This document shows positions 1-11,687 of a stretch of 64,000 bases of DNA, piece after piece (position 1 is the stretch's first letter; each line of letters opens with the position of its first letter). The notes beneath the pieces are model-generated. The model was not told where the DNA came from, made no database searches, and saw only the letters and a program-made list of their open reading frames with translations. The translations under genes and the position numbers were made by a program. The stretch lies in the NCBI RefSeq assembly GCF_048593235.1, contig NC_133621.1, forward strand, positions 302,321,146 through 302,385,145, written 5' to 3'. The DNA is from Sminthopsis crassicaudata. Taxonomy: Eukaryota.

Positions 1-1145
1 GCCCTTTGGCCAGCTCCCAGCGCCCTCCCCCAACAGTTGGGTGTGCGGGGCAGGCCAGACTGAGATGGGATTCCCAGAGGGGCGCCCAGCCCTCCCGCCC
101 CGACCCCCCGGGGAGCTGGTCACCGACACAATTAACTTCCTAACGATTAATTACCGATCGGATCCGCTCTCCCTGCCCCAGCTGGATCCCAGTCAGTTTC
201 CCCCAGGGACATCTTGGCTTTTATTGGGAAGGATATTTTTATATTTGCCTGCGGGGAGATTCAGGGGATCAGCTCTATTTCCACCCCCCCAGGGTGGTGG
301 GGGTGGGAGGGGGTAGGAGGTGACTCTCTGCCTCAGGTGACCAGTGACACACATCTTCCAGTCATGATTCCTGGATACCCGGTAATCGACCCAGTAGTTA
401 GGGATCTCCCTCCTCCCACACAACTTTTGGCAGCCCTGGAACTCAGACCCAGCCCCTCTGATGATTGACAACAGGCTCAAGCCTGAGTTTTCCTTCCCTG
501 TAAATTGGATCCACTGCTTAAGCCTCAGTTTTCCCTTCCTGTAAAATGGAACCACTTCGTGGGGCTCAGACATGACAGGACTTTGCCAGCCTTTGAGCAC
601 TCTCCAGATGTCGGCCATGTTATTGCCACCTCTATTACTCCTGCTCATGTGCTCCTAAGGCCCCCCGGGTTCTGGCACGGGCCAGATCATGCAGGGCCAT
701 CCTTCTGAGCTCAGCCGGGGCGCTGCCTCCTCGGAGCCTTTGCTGCTGCCCCCCACCCCCAGAATCACTTTGTATTTGTTTGGCATATGAGCACATGGAG
801 GGGAGGGGATGTCAAAGGCTTCCTGGGGCAACCCAAAAGGGGATGAGGCTGCCTCAGGAGGTAGTGAGCGCCCTGTCTCTGGAGGGAGTCAGGCTTGATA
901 ACCCCTGTTGGACGTGTTTAGAAGCGGCTCCATTCCCTGGTGCCAGTTGGCACTCTATAAATGCTTACCCCCTCCCCCATCCATGACTCCTTTAGAAGGA
1001 GAGGGCGCTGGGTGCCGGGAATTCTGGCTCAGAGAGGGGAGCTTTCCCAGCAGTCGCTGGGGGGTCGGACCAGACGCGAAGCCCGGGGGTGGAGGGGGTG
1101 GGAAGGGGGGCCGGGGCGGCACCCTTGTCCTGTCTGTCACCACAG

Positions 1146-4100
1146 TGATCGAGGAAGGCGGAGTCAAGATGAAGCTGACAGTCATCGACACCCCGGGCTT
1201 CGGAGACCAGATCAACAACGAAAACTGGTGCGTCCCCCGGCCGGGCCCAGGCCTAAAGCCCACTGGCAGGGGCAGGGTGTCGGGGCGCCAAGGGCCCCAG
1301 GGAGCTGGATCCCAGCTCCGAGCACGCAGCCCAGCACAGAGTTGGGGCTTACTAATGCTTTGGGTCTGGGCAGCCTGCCAGACAAGACTGGCTGAAGCCT
1401 GAGGAATAGTGGAGGCAGGACAGGGGTACAGGGGTCTCCTTTATCAGCTCCAAGCCGTTCTGCCAGGCCCCTAGGGGGTGGGGGAGAGAAGGGCGGAGCC
1501 CCCAAGGGCCCCAGAGTGCCCAGATGATGAGGGCGGGCCCTGGGGGTCTGTGGGAGTCCTTCTGACCCCGGGGCTCCGTGTCCTGGGAGGCCGGGCCAGC
1601 CTCCATCCCTGCCCTCGGCAGCCCTCCAACCTCCTGTGTCTGGCCTCCTCAGCTGGGAGCCCATCGAGAAGTACATCAACGAACAGTACGAGAAATTCCT
1701 GAAGGAGGAGGTGAACATCGCCAGGAAGAAGCGCATCCCGGACACGCGCGTCCACTGCTGCCTCTACTTCATCTCTCCCACGGGACACTCGTGAGTGCCT
1801 GCCCCCCCGCACAGAGGAGGGCCCAGGCTGGCTGCTGCCCGCTGGCAGTGCCCACTAGCTCCCGGGCAGTGCCAACAGGGCTCACAGGAACTGGCTGCCA
1901 TCTCAGCGGCCACAGAATCCAACCCTCTTAGCTAGGAAGTGGCCAGGTCAGGATTTGAATCCAGATTCTGTGCCTCCTGCTGTGAAGAACAGATGGCTGT
2001 GGGGAGGGGCTACTTCCCCTCCCTCCCTCATGTGCTCCTCCTTTGGATAAGCTCCTTGTCTCCGGTCATTGGTGCCAGGGACGGCCCAGAAGCAGGGAGG
2101 GCAGTGAGGAGGCCGCTGGGCTGGCCAGGGCCTTTTCTCCCCCAGACCGCGATGGGCCAGGGTGTAGAGGCTCAGAAAGAGGGCCACGAGGGGCGGCTGA
2201 CCTGGGGGGCTGAGCCCAACTCGGGAGGGGCCCCGGGCCCCCCTTCTGCCTCAGCTTCTTCCCCTGCAGAATGGGTCAGCGGGCCGGCTCCCCTCAGACA
2301 CCTCCCTGTCCTCCTGTCCTGGGTGGGGGACCGGGACCCTTACTTCCTGCTTCTCCCTGGGGCCAGGCTGAGACCCCTAGACCTAGAGTTCATGAAGCAT
2401 CTCAGCAAAGTGGTCAACATTGTCCCCATCATCGCCAAGGCCGACACCATGACCCTGGAAGAGAAGATGGAGTTCAAGCAGAGGGTGAGCCTGTCGCGGC
2501 CTCCGCACCCCTCCTCTGGCCCCTCCAGGAGGCCTTCCCTGCGGGCCTCCGCCCACCCTGCCCTATAGCGCTCCCATAGGCATTCACCCCTTCTATCCGG
2601 GAGCAGTCTGAGCTTGGGGAGCCCACAGCCAGAATCTGGGCCGAGCTGAATCCCGCTCCTGTGGCCCTCTGCCCAATGAGGAGCTGGACAAGCTGACCCC
2701 GGGGGGCCTGTGTGAGCTCTGCCCCTTCTGAGACCCTCCACCTCCTGCTCTGTGAGGTGAGGTCCCTTCTGACCCTCGGTCTCGGCCTCTGGCCCCCAGG
2801 TCCGGAAGGAGCTCGAGGTCAACGGGATTGAGTTTTACCCGCAGAAGGAGTTTGATGAAGACCTGGAGGACAAGACAGAGAACGACAAGATCAGGGTAGG
2901 GGGCCAGCAGAGTGGAAGCCCCAGGGCAGGAACACCCCCGCCCCTGGGTCTCTGGGGCTTTGAGACAAGTTGGTGGAGGCGGCCTAGGAGAGGGAGCGGA
3001 CGGACTTGGAGCCGCAGGATGGAGTAGGGAGAAGCAGCTCCCCTGACCCTGCTGTGGTGGGAGGCGGGCCTGGGCCTCTCGGGGGCAGCGAGGCACCTTA
3101 CTGACCCAGCTGCGAGATTGGAACCAGGCCTTGGACTCCGAACTCAGGGAGTCCACTGTCCCCCGGACCGAGGGAGGGCACCTCGTGGGCAGGACTGGCT
3201 GGAGGAGAATGACCTTGAGCCCCCCGCGCTGTCTCCCCTCCAGCAGGAGAGCATGCCCTTCGCCGTGGTTGGAAGCGACAAGGAGTATCAGGTCAATGGC
3301 AAGAGAGTCCTTGGGAGAAAAACCCCCTGGGGAATCATCGAAGGTAAGAGCAGCATCTACTGACTTTTATTGGGCACCGGCTGGATGCCATTTGCTGGGC
3401 TGGGAGCTGTGCAGGAGACACGGAGGCTGTGCCAAGCCTCTGCATACAGTGGGTGCTAAATAAGTGTGTGCCACTGGAGGAAGATGTGTGTTGTGAAGCC
3501 AGACAGCAGGAGGGGAGGGGTCCTGCCATAAGGGAGGCTGCCAGTCTGTTAACATGCAGACAGCCGTGGGCAAACCGGCTGGAGAAAATGACCTGGAAGG
3601 GGCGCCCTGACCTTGCAGATGGGGAGACTGAGGCCTCCAGAGCTTGAGGGGCCTGTGCCAGACTATACCAGCAAGCATCAGACCCCAGGCCCTTGAGCAC
3701 CTGCACTGCCTCCCGGGGGGGGGGGGCATCCTCCCATCAGAGCGCCCCTCACTGCCTGACCAGGGTGCGACAGGGCAAGGCCGTCTGTCTGTTCTCTTTG
3801 TCCTGGATGCCCTGCCACACTCACTGCCACTGGGGCCCCCAGGTCTTTTTCAGCGGGATTGTTCTCCAGCCCCATTCTCCCCAGTCTGCGTTTGCATGGC
3901 AGCTGGCAGAGATCTGGAACCCCAAGAGGTGGAAGGGCACCCAATGGTCTAGTCTAGAACTACAAGGTTCCTGACTTTCACTGGCTGGTAGAATGGCAGG
4001 GCAACAGTCATTTAGCTTCTCCATCTGTAAAAGGGGCAGCCCCAACTGCCCCTGCCTGTGTGCCAGGCACTCAGAGGTGGCCAGAAAAGAGCCTGGGAAT

Positions 4101-7100
4101 CTTCTGCAGGCTCTCTCCTTGTCCCCCCCTCCAACAGGAGAAGCCGAGACTGACCTCCATGCCCCTCTGGTGAAGGGGAGCCCCGCTCCCCAGGGCCTTG
4201 TTTTTATGAGGTCTGATGCCCAAGGTGCAGAAGAGGCAAAACTCGGACCTTGCTCCCCAGGGCCCAGAATCACAGTGGGCCAGCGAGGGTCGTTCCCGGC
4301 GCCTGAGTCGTCACCTGGGACGAGAGAGGGTGGTAATGGGGAACAGAAGTAATGGGGGCTCCCAAAGCACCAGACCGAGGAAAACGGGACGCAGATGGCT
4401 CTCCGGCCGCTCCCATTGCTACACGAGTGAGCCTCGGAGCTGGAAAACAAGTGGCGGCCGATACCCCGAGGGGGGCCGGCTGTAAGAACCTGTCTTGGCT
4501 AATTATCCCTTGGTGATGTGTGTCAGACTAACAAACTGATTAGGGCCAGCCACAAGGGGCGTCCAAATGGCAGCTTCTGGGTGACCTTGGGGTCACCGGC
4601 CGGGGTAGAGGGCACAGGTGAGGAACATGACGTCCCAAAGGCTGCCCCACAGCCTGCATGTGGCCTAGGCTCCCCAGGCTCAGGGGAGGGGATTCAAGCT
4701 AGTAATCTAATCACCATGGCAGCTGGCCTTTCTAAAGCACGGGCCTGTAAGAGATGCTTGCTGACTAGTAGAGATCGAAGTAGTTGACTGAGAGTTTTCC
4801 CATCCATTAGTTCATCCCATTTTCCCAATAGTCACATGAGGTAGGAAATGCAAATATGACTCTCCTCATTTTACAGATGAGGAAACTGAGTTTTAAAAGG
4901 GAAAGTAACTTGCTCAAGATCACCCGGCTCCTATCCAAGAAAGAAGCCTTACGGCCCTCGCCATAATAGGCCTGGGTCTGATTTTGGAGGATCTCTTGCA
5001 AGAGCTTTCGGGCCGGTTGCCATTAGCGTGGGCAACGGGACTGTCTGTGTCCGCTTTGTGTTTCTCAAAAGCACAAAGTCTGTGGCTCAAGCGTCCATCC
5101 AGAGCAATGTCAGTAGCTGACCCATTTTGCTTCCCCTCAAAGATCCTCCTGCTAGCACTCAGGCTAATGAGATTGAAGCTACAGGATAGTTTCTCCTGAC
5201 AAAACTGCAGGGAGTTTCACCAGGGAGCCCCTGAATCATTCTGAAGAGTTTTCTCTTTCCAGGGATTATGAAACCACCCTGCCCGTGGTGGGTGCCAGCT
5301 TTCTGGCCAGTCTGGGTGACTCATGGCATTAGTGAAGGGAGAGTCCAGTGGGGCTTCCCAGAGTGCTCCTCGCAGTGCCCCGCTGTCGCTGATAAAAGCA
5401 CTGACCACTTTGGTCGTGATGGGGTGAAATGGATCTCGACGAAACGGTTGGTTTCAGACCACACTGACCGCCAGGGTTTAAAGGGCGTCATGGAAGGAGG
5501 GATAACTGAGTTCTGCTTGGTAGAACAGGACGTGGTGGGCGGTGGGTGCAGAAGAGCAGATGCGAGCTTCACTTCGGGGAAAACTTCCTCACAGTTAAAG
5601 CCAAGCGAAGGTGGGCCCCATCAGGGGCGCCCTCAACTGGAGGACCAGTGGCTAGTCAGGAACTGCATACAGAGGAGGCAGCCGTTCCAGGCGCCGAGGT
5701 GTTTGCACGATGTCCTCCCACCCCTTCTGAGGCTTAGCTTAAAGTAACTTCTCTCTGTTTTGGATTTTCAGTGGAAAACCTCACCCACTGTGAGTTTGCC
5801 TTGCTCAGAGACTTTGTCATCAGGTAAGGTCCTCCCCGAAATCCGGACCCAGTTTAGTCAGGCCAGTGGAACTGTAGAGAGACGCGCCCAGCCTCAGGCC
5901 TCCCTGGCTTGAGCTCCCTCCTCTCCCAAACCCCCTCTGCTTCCTGGGAGGATGGGGCCCCAGAGAGCGGGCCGCGTCCGTCCATGGAGCCTGGTGGTGG
6001 GCCCTGCCAACGCCGGCTGCCTGCCCCTGCCTGAGCCCCTTCTCTCCTCAAGGGGATTAGGAACAAGCACTTATGTGTGCCAGGTTCTGTGCTGCCCTAC
6101 ATTACAAGCATCATTTGGGAGGGGATATGGGTGTTCTCCCCATTTTGCAGATGAGGAAACAGAGGCAGAAGTGAAGTGAGTTACTCAGGGTCCTGCAGCT
6201 AGCAAGTATCCATGGAGGGGAGGGGGTGTTTCTCTTCCACCTGGCCCCAGTGCCCACTGAGCTGCCAGCTGCCGAAGAGTCAGCCACAGGGAGTGCTGTC
6301 TGCCCTTGATGAAGCCCCCTCCCTCTTCCTCCTCTCTACCCAAGGTGCAGCAGGAACACTGAGGGGAGTCTCTGCCCAAGGCCTGAGCCCCAGGCCTGGC
6401 ACAGAGAACCCGACCAGTCACTAACCCCCTCTGCCTGCAGAAAAAAGAGATATGAGGATCCCGGCTCTGCCCCTGCTGGGACCCCAAGCCTCAGTTTCCC
6501 CCTCTATAAACCTGTAAGGGAGAGGAGAGCCAAGATGGCCCACTCCAGCCCCAGAGCCCATGGTCATGGTTCTGCAGGCATCCCCTCCCACTCAAAGAGC
6601 TTTTCCAGTATTTCAGGGGACAAAGGGAGACTTGGGCCTGTCCTCAGGGGTCTCACAGTCTGGTAACAGGAAGTTAGCTAGCAACAGGAGGCAGAGGCAG
6701 CGCCTGGCAGTCAGCCTGCAGTCACACAACCAGCTCAAATACAGCCTCGCTCCCTTCCCCACTGGCCTGTAGCCCATGAGCCCGTTCCCTTTGGCCATCC
6801 AGCCTGGGCTGGGAGCTGACCCCCCCCCCCGGCTTCCTCTCTCTTTCATGGCTCCTTCAGGACCCACCTCCAGGACCTTAAGGAAGTCACCCACAACATC
6901 CACTACGAGACCTACCGGGCCCGGCGGCTCAACGACAATGGCGGCCTCCCTCCGGTGAGCACGGGCACGGCGGGCAGCCGGGGCACACAGGACGCCTGTG
7001 ACTCACCCCCCCCCCCCGTCCTAGCCCACTTAGACATGTGTCCGGCAGTCCCTGTGGCCCCTGGTGTTTGTGGAACAGCGTGAGCCCATGTAACATGGGT

Positions 7101-8577
7101 GTTGGGCTGGACTGTTCTCTCAGCCTTCCTTCCTTAGCAGCCCCTTCTCTATTCGGTTTTTCTCCATAGCCCCCCCCCCCTCCAAATCTAGGTGAGGGAG
7201 GGGAAGGGCCAGTGGGGCTGCTTGGAACTCAGAGATTTGTGGGAACTCAGGGATGTGGGCAGCAGCCAAGGCAGGAGGTACTGGGGAGGGCTTCAGGCCC
7301 GCGGGCATCTAGGGAGGGCGGGAGAGAATGCCAGCCCTGCACCCGTGTCTTGTCCACTGTCCAGCAGCCACCATCTGTCATGAAGCTGCCCGCTGCTTCC
7401 CCATCAGCCACTGCCTGCTCAGCCCCCGCTTCCTTCCAGCCTTCTGTCTCTCCCCATCGCTTTCTCTTTCCCCTCCTCTCTCTCCTTCCCTCCCACTTTC
7501 CCTCTCCCCTCTTNNNNNNNNNNNNNNNNNNNNNNNNNNNNNNNNNNNNNNNNNNNNNNNNNNNNNNNNNNNNNNNNNNNNNNNNNNNNNNNNNNNNNNN
7601 NNNNNNNNNNNNNNNNNNNNNNNNNNNNNNNNNNNNNNNNNNNNNNNNNNNNNNNNNNNNNNNNNNNNNNNNNNNNNNNNNNNNNNNNNNNNNNNNNNNN
7701 NNNNNNNNNCTCTCTCCCAGCCTTCCTCTCTCCCTCCTCTCCTCTCTCCCTCTCTCTCTCCCTCCCTCCCTCCCTCCCTCCTCCTTTCCCCCCTTCACCC
7801 GCACGGCTTTTTGCTCCCAGCCTGCCTGCATGTAGGGCGCCAGCCTCATATAGCATTCTGGACCTGGGAGTCAGGAGAGCCAGGTCAAGTCCAGGTTCTG
7901 ACAGCTGGGGGAGCCTCTCTGTGCCTCGGGCTCTTCTCAGGCCCAGGCCCCCGCCTGCCCAGGGAGCCCCGCCCTGAGCCCTGGGCCCCGTATTTCCGGG
8001 GCTGGGGTGACCGGGGGGCTTGGCAGGGAGGCCACGAAGGATCCGTAGGAGAGGAGCCTGGCAGCACTGACCACTGGCCGTGACCTCTTTCTCCTGGTCC
8101 GTTCCATAGGCACCTCATCCATCAAATGTCACCTCCTTCAAGGGCTTGGAAAAATAAGTCCCAGAGACGCTAGATTGAGCAGGTCAGTGGGAAGGAGGCC
8201 AGAGCAGTGGGCCCGGAGTGCCCAAGCACCAGGACCCCGACTCCAGGGTGTCTGGCTCTCCCGGCCCGGTGCCCACTCACCCTCTCTCCCTCCGGGCCCC
8301 TCCCCCCGTGAGCTCCTGCCACCAGAACTCAGTGGCTGGCTCCCGCCTCCGGGTGCTGATGGCGGCTGGGCCTTAGGCCCAGGACTGTGCCATCAGGGCC
8401 GCTGTAGACTACAGGAGAGTGGGGGCCGGTGAGGGGGCAGCAGCGAAGGGTGGCAGGGAGTCGGGGCTCCCCAGGCCCTCACCCGCTGTCCTCCCGCTCC
8501 CCCCGCAGGGAGAAGGCGTCCTTCCTCCAGCGCCAGCCTCCCCCCGCCCCGCTGCCGCCGCCGCCACCACCGAATGA
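1146..8577 (+). CDS. SEPTIN3: Neuronal septin-3, 5'-partial (upstream exons lie before the window). Exons 1146-1227, 1653-1790, 2367-2484, 2800-2895, 3244-3343, 5772-5823, 6861-6954, 8509-8577 (TGA)
   Basis: The spliced translation [47 protein letters not shown]...HCCLYFISPTGHS|LRPLDLEFMKHLSKVVNIVPIIAKADT...|VRKELEVNGIEFYPQKEF...|QESMPFAVVGSDKEYQVNGKRVLGRKTPWGIIE|VENLTHCEFALLRDFVIR|THLQDLKEVTHNIHYETYRARRLNDNGGLPP|GEGVLPPAPASPRPAAAAATTE* matches recalled human SEPT3 isoform A nearly residue for residue. G3 (DTPG) and G4 (AKAD) motifs are present. All introns are GT-AG and phases are consistent. Confidence 0.97.
7514..7709. other. Assembly gap (196 N) inside a TC-rich tract
   Basis: N run. Confidence 1.
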
Positions 8578-10654
8578 AGGTCATTTCCAGGCTGCTCCTC
8601 CTCCCCTTGCTGCCCCCCACCCCGGCCGCTCACCCTTCAGGGTCAAGGTCTCTAGTACTTTGCCAACTGTCCACCTGCCACAGCAGGAGGGAGGGGGGCC
8701 AGCCCTATCCTGCCTGCCCCCGCGGGTCCCTCTGGGCGCCTGGCTCTGCTGGGCCAGCACCCTCACCTGCTCCAGCTTCCGCAGACCCCTCGCCAGCCAT
8801 TCACCGCCTTCTCCTGGGGAAATGGCGCTGAGCCCCCCCCCCCAAATTCCTGGGCCACTTTCCTGGACTCCAGGAGCCAGGAGGGCTTCTCCTCTGGCTC
8901 CTCACCTCCAGGGATGAGCCTCAGCACGGGGCCGGGGGGATAACTGGGACCTAGCTCCCATGTCATCAGGGGGCTAGACGGTACCCCAGGCTTGGCTGGC
9001 CCAGAGTGTGGCCAACATCCCCCCCACCCCCTCCCCCATGATGAGAAGCCCAGGAGGAGACAAGTAGCCTGAAAGCACATTTTTCTTTATCCTTAACTTA
9101 AAAAAAAAAAAAAAAAGAAAAAGTTTAGAAAGCCCGTGAGATGTGAAGTTGCAGATAGAGCTCCCCCCACCCAGTCTGTGTCCCTTAGCAATAAGAGGAG
9201 ATGCCCGTCCTTTCCGGCCCCTGCCCCGAGCCCCCATTAATGTGAGTTTTGGCCTAGATGGGCCTAGGGCCTGTAGAGCCCCGATGCATGAGTGTGTGAG
9301 CGTTGGCCGACACTGCCGTCCCGACCGGGTCTTCGGGAAACGCCCTGCCCTCTCTCCGGCAGGACATGGTGGCCCCCAAGAACCGGGGGGCCCGGCGAGG
9401 GGCCCGAGCCAGCTGGCGGCGATGGGAGCCCCGGCCCACCACAAGCCACCCGCCACACACCGTGTTGACTTTGACTTTCTATGTGTTGTTTAATTCCACA
9501 AGACTTTGCTGTTTGAACAAGAGGGACCTGGTCTACTTGTTATTTCTTTGCCACTGACCCCTGCCCCAGCCCCCCACTCCCCTCACCCTCTCTGGACTTG
9601 CCATGGACCTGGGGGTCCTTCACGCCCAAGCCCCTCCCCGAGCCTGTCTATACCCAGCACCAATCCGACCAGTCCCCCTTCTCTGGGGGTGAGCAGCCCC
9701 CCATCCTGGGGCAGAAGGCCTCAGCAAGCCCTGCCCTTGTTTGTTGCAAAGAAACCTGTGAAAGGGCCTTTTAGATCCACTCCCAAGTACACCCATTCCT
9801 ACAGACACAAAGTAACAGGGAGAGGGAACAGCACAAAGTGATGGGGGAGCAGCAGAAAATAATCGGGGAGCAGTACAAAGTAATGGAGGGGAGAAACAAT
9901 AACCAAGGAGGTCAGGAAAGGGCTCATGTAGAAAGGGGCCCTTGAACTGAGCCCGGAGGCAAAGCTGTGGAGGCCGGCCTCTGTACTGCCCCCCCCACAA
10001 AGCCTGGCCCCTAAGAGGCCTGGTCGAGAAAGGGGGATGATGCCCTTCTCCCCCCAGGGGGCAGCAGGGGGCTCCAGGCCAATGGCAGCATGGCAGAGGA
10101 CAGGGCCCTGTCCTTGGTCCTAGCCAGAGAGGAAATGCCTGTGAGGCCCTTGGGAAGGGCAGGAGAAAGGCCCCCCTGGGCCTTTGCTTGGGTCTGTGGT
10201 CCAGGACGGGCCAGTCCGGGCCTCCCTGCTGCAGTCTGGGCAGCGGGGAAAGTGTTGCACCCAGAATCTGAGACCAGAGGCTGCCATTGACCCCCTGGGC
10301 AACGTGGGCAAGGCACTTCCCAGAAAGAACTGGGGAACTGGAGGGGCCTTAGGGACCACCTCACAGACCCCCTTCCTCTATAAATCCTGCCTGAGACCTT
10401 AAAGGAGGGGCCCACTGCCTCACAGGACAGCCTTCCCACACCGGGACAGCTTGAAGCCCTACACTCTTCATGCCCCCAATCTTCTCTTGTCCCCGCTAAG
10501 TACGCACAGCCAGCTTCTCCCACGGTGCCCAGAATTGTGCCCAGCATTCACAAGGAGGCCCGCTACAGCGACGGAGGATGGGAACTTCCCCACCTTCCCT
10601 TTCTTCCAAGTCGACTCACATCAACTGGATGGAGCTTGGGCTAGCCCATGAAGT

Positions 10655-11230
10655 AGCACAAATAACAAGCATTGATTAAATGCCTGCTGTGTGCTAGGGG
10701 CATCCCACAAGGAGCTTTGGCCAAGCATTTCGCTGGATGGAGATGCTTTAATAATAACAGCATTTATGCAGCACCTACTGCATGCCAGATGCTTTACAAC
10801 ACCCTGGGAGGAAGGTGCTCCCGTCCCTCACTCCCAGTTAATGAAGGCCCAGCCGGCCAGTGTGTGGATTTGAACTCAGGTTTTGCTGCCTCCAGGCCCA
10901 GCACTCTATGCACTGGCAACCGTACATTACCATAGCCCACAGAACAATCCCTTCATTTTTCAGAAGAGGAAACTGAGGACATGAAGGGATTGCTGAGCTA
11001 GAAAATGGTGAGATGGGATTTGAACCCAGAGCCTTTTGACTGATCCCAACATTTTGAAAAGGAGGAAACAAGTACTCATTATGCACCTACTGTGTACATT
11101 GTGCTAATCCCGGATGATAATCTCAGGGAAAAAGTCCCAGCACCGAGGGGCATTGGAAAGGTATTATTAGGCCCATTTTACAGATAGGGACGCTAGAGTC
11201 CAGAGGGGGTGCAGAGCTTTTCCTAAGTCA
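10655..11230. mobile_element. Cluster of L2 3' ends and MIR fragments
   Basis: caagcattgattaaatgcctgctgtgtgctagg (L2 end); ttttcagaagaggaaactgagg...gggatttgaacccag (MIR core). Confidence 0.7.
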
Positions 11231-11687
11231 TAAAGCCCCACACGCTACATTCGAACCCGTGACTCCACAGCTTCTAGACGCAGAGTTTAAACCGCCGTCA
11301 GGCACAGACTGCGAGGGGCGGAGCCTAGGAAAGATCGGACTGTGATATCATCTGCCCCAGGGCGCGGTCTCCCTCCCTCCGCATCATTTACTTTGTCTCG
11401 CTCGCGTCGTCCCTTTCCCCGCCCAAGGGGCGTGTCCTGATCAGACCCTGCCCCCGGTGTTCTGGAAACCAGACCCCGCCCAGAGGCCCCACGTGACGAG
11501 CCTCACCCTCTCTCTTTCTCGCTCTCTCCATGCGCCTGCGCCATAATCTCCGCACCCTACACCCGCTCGGCCCCCGAGAGCCCCGCCCCTCGCGGAGCAG
11601 ACCCCGCCCCCTCCCTCCCTTCCCTCCCCTTTCCCCCCCTTTGTCCCCCACCCCCGGTCAGGGGCGGCCCGCCCCGGAAGGGCGAAA

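Noticed and set aside
7212-8083. Long ORFs spanning the N runs (also at 25.6-25.9 kb and 53.9-54.6 kb)
   Set aside because: These are artefacts of translating assembly gaps and flanking low-complexity DNA.
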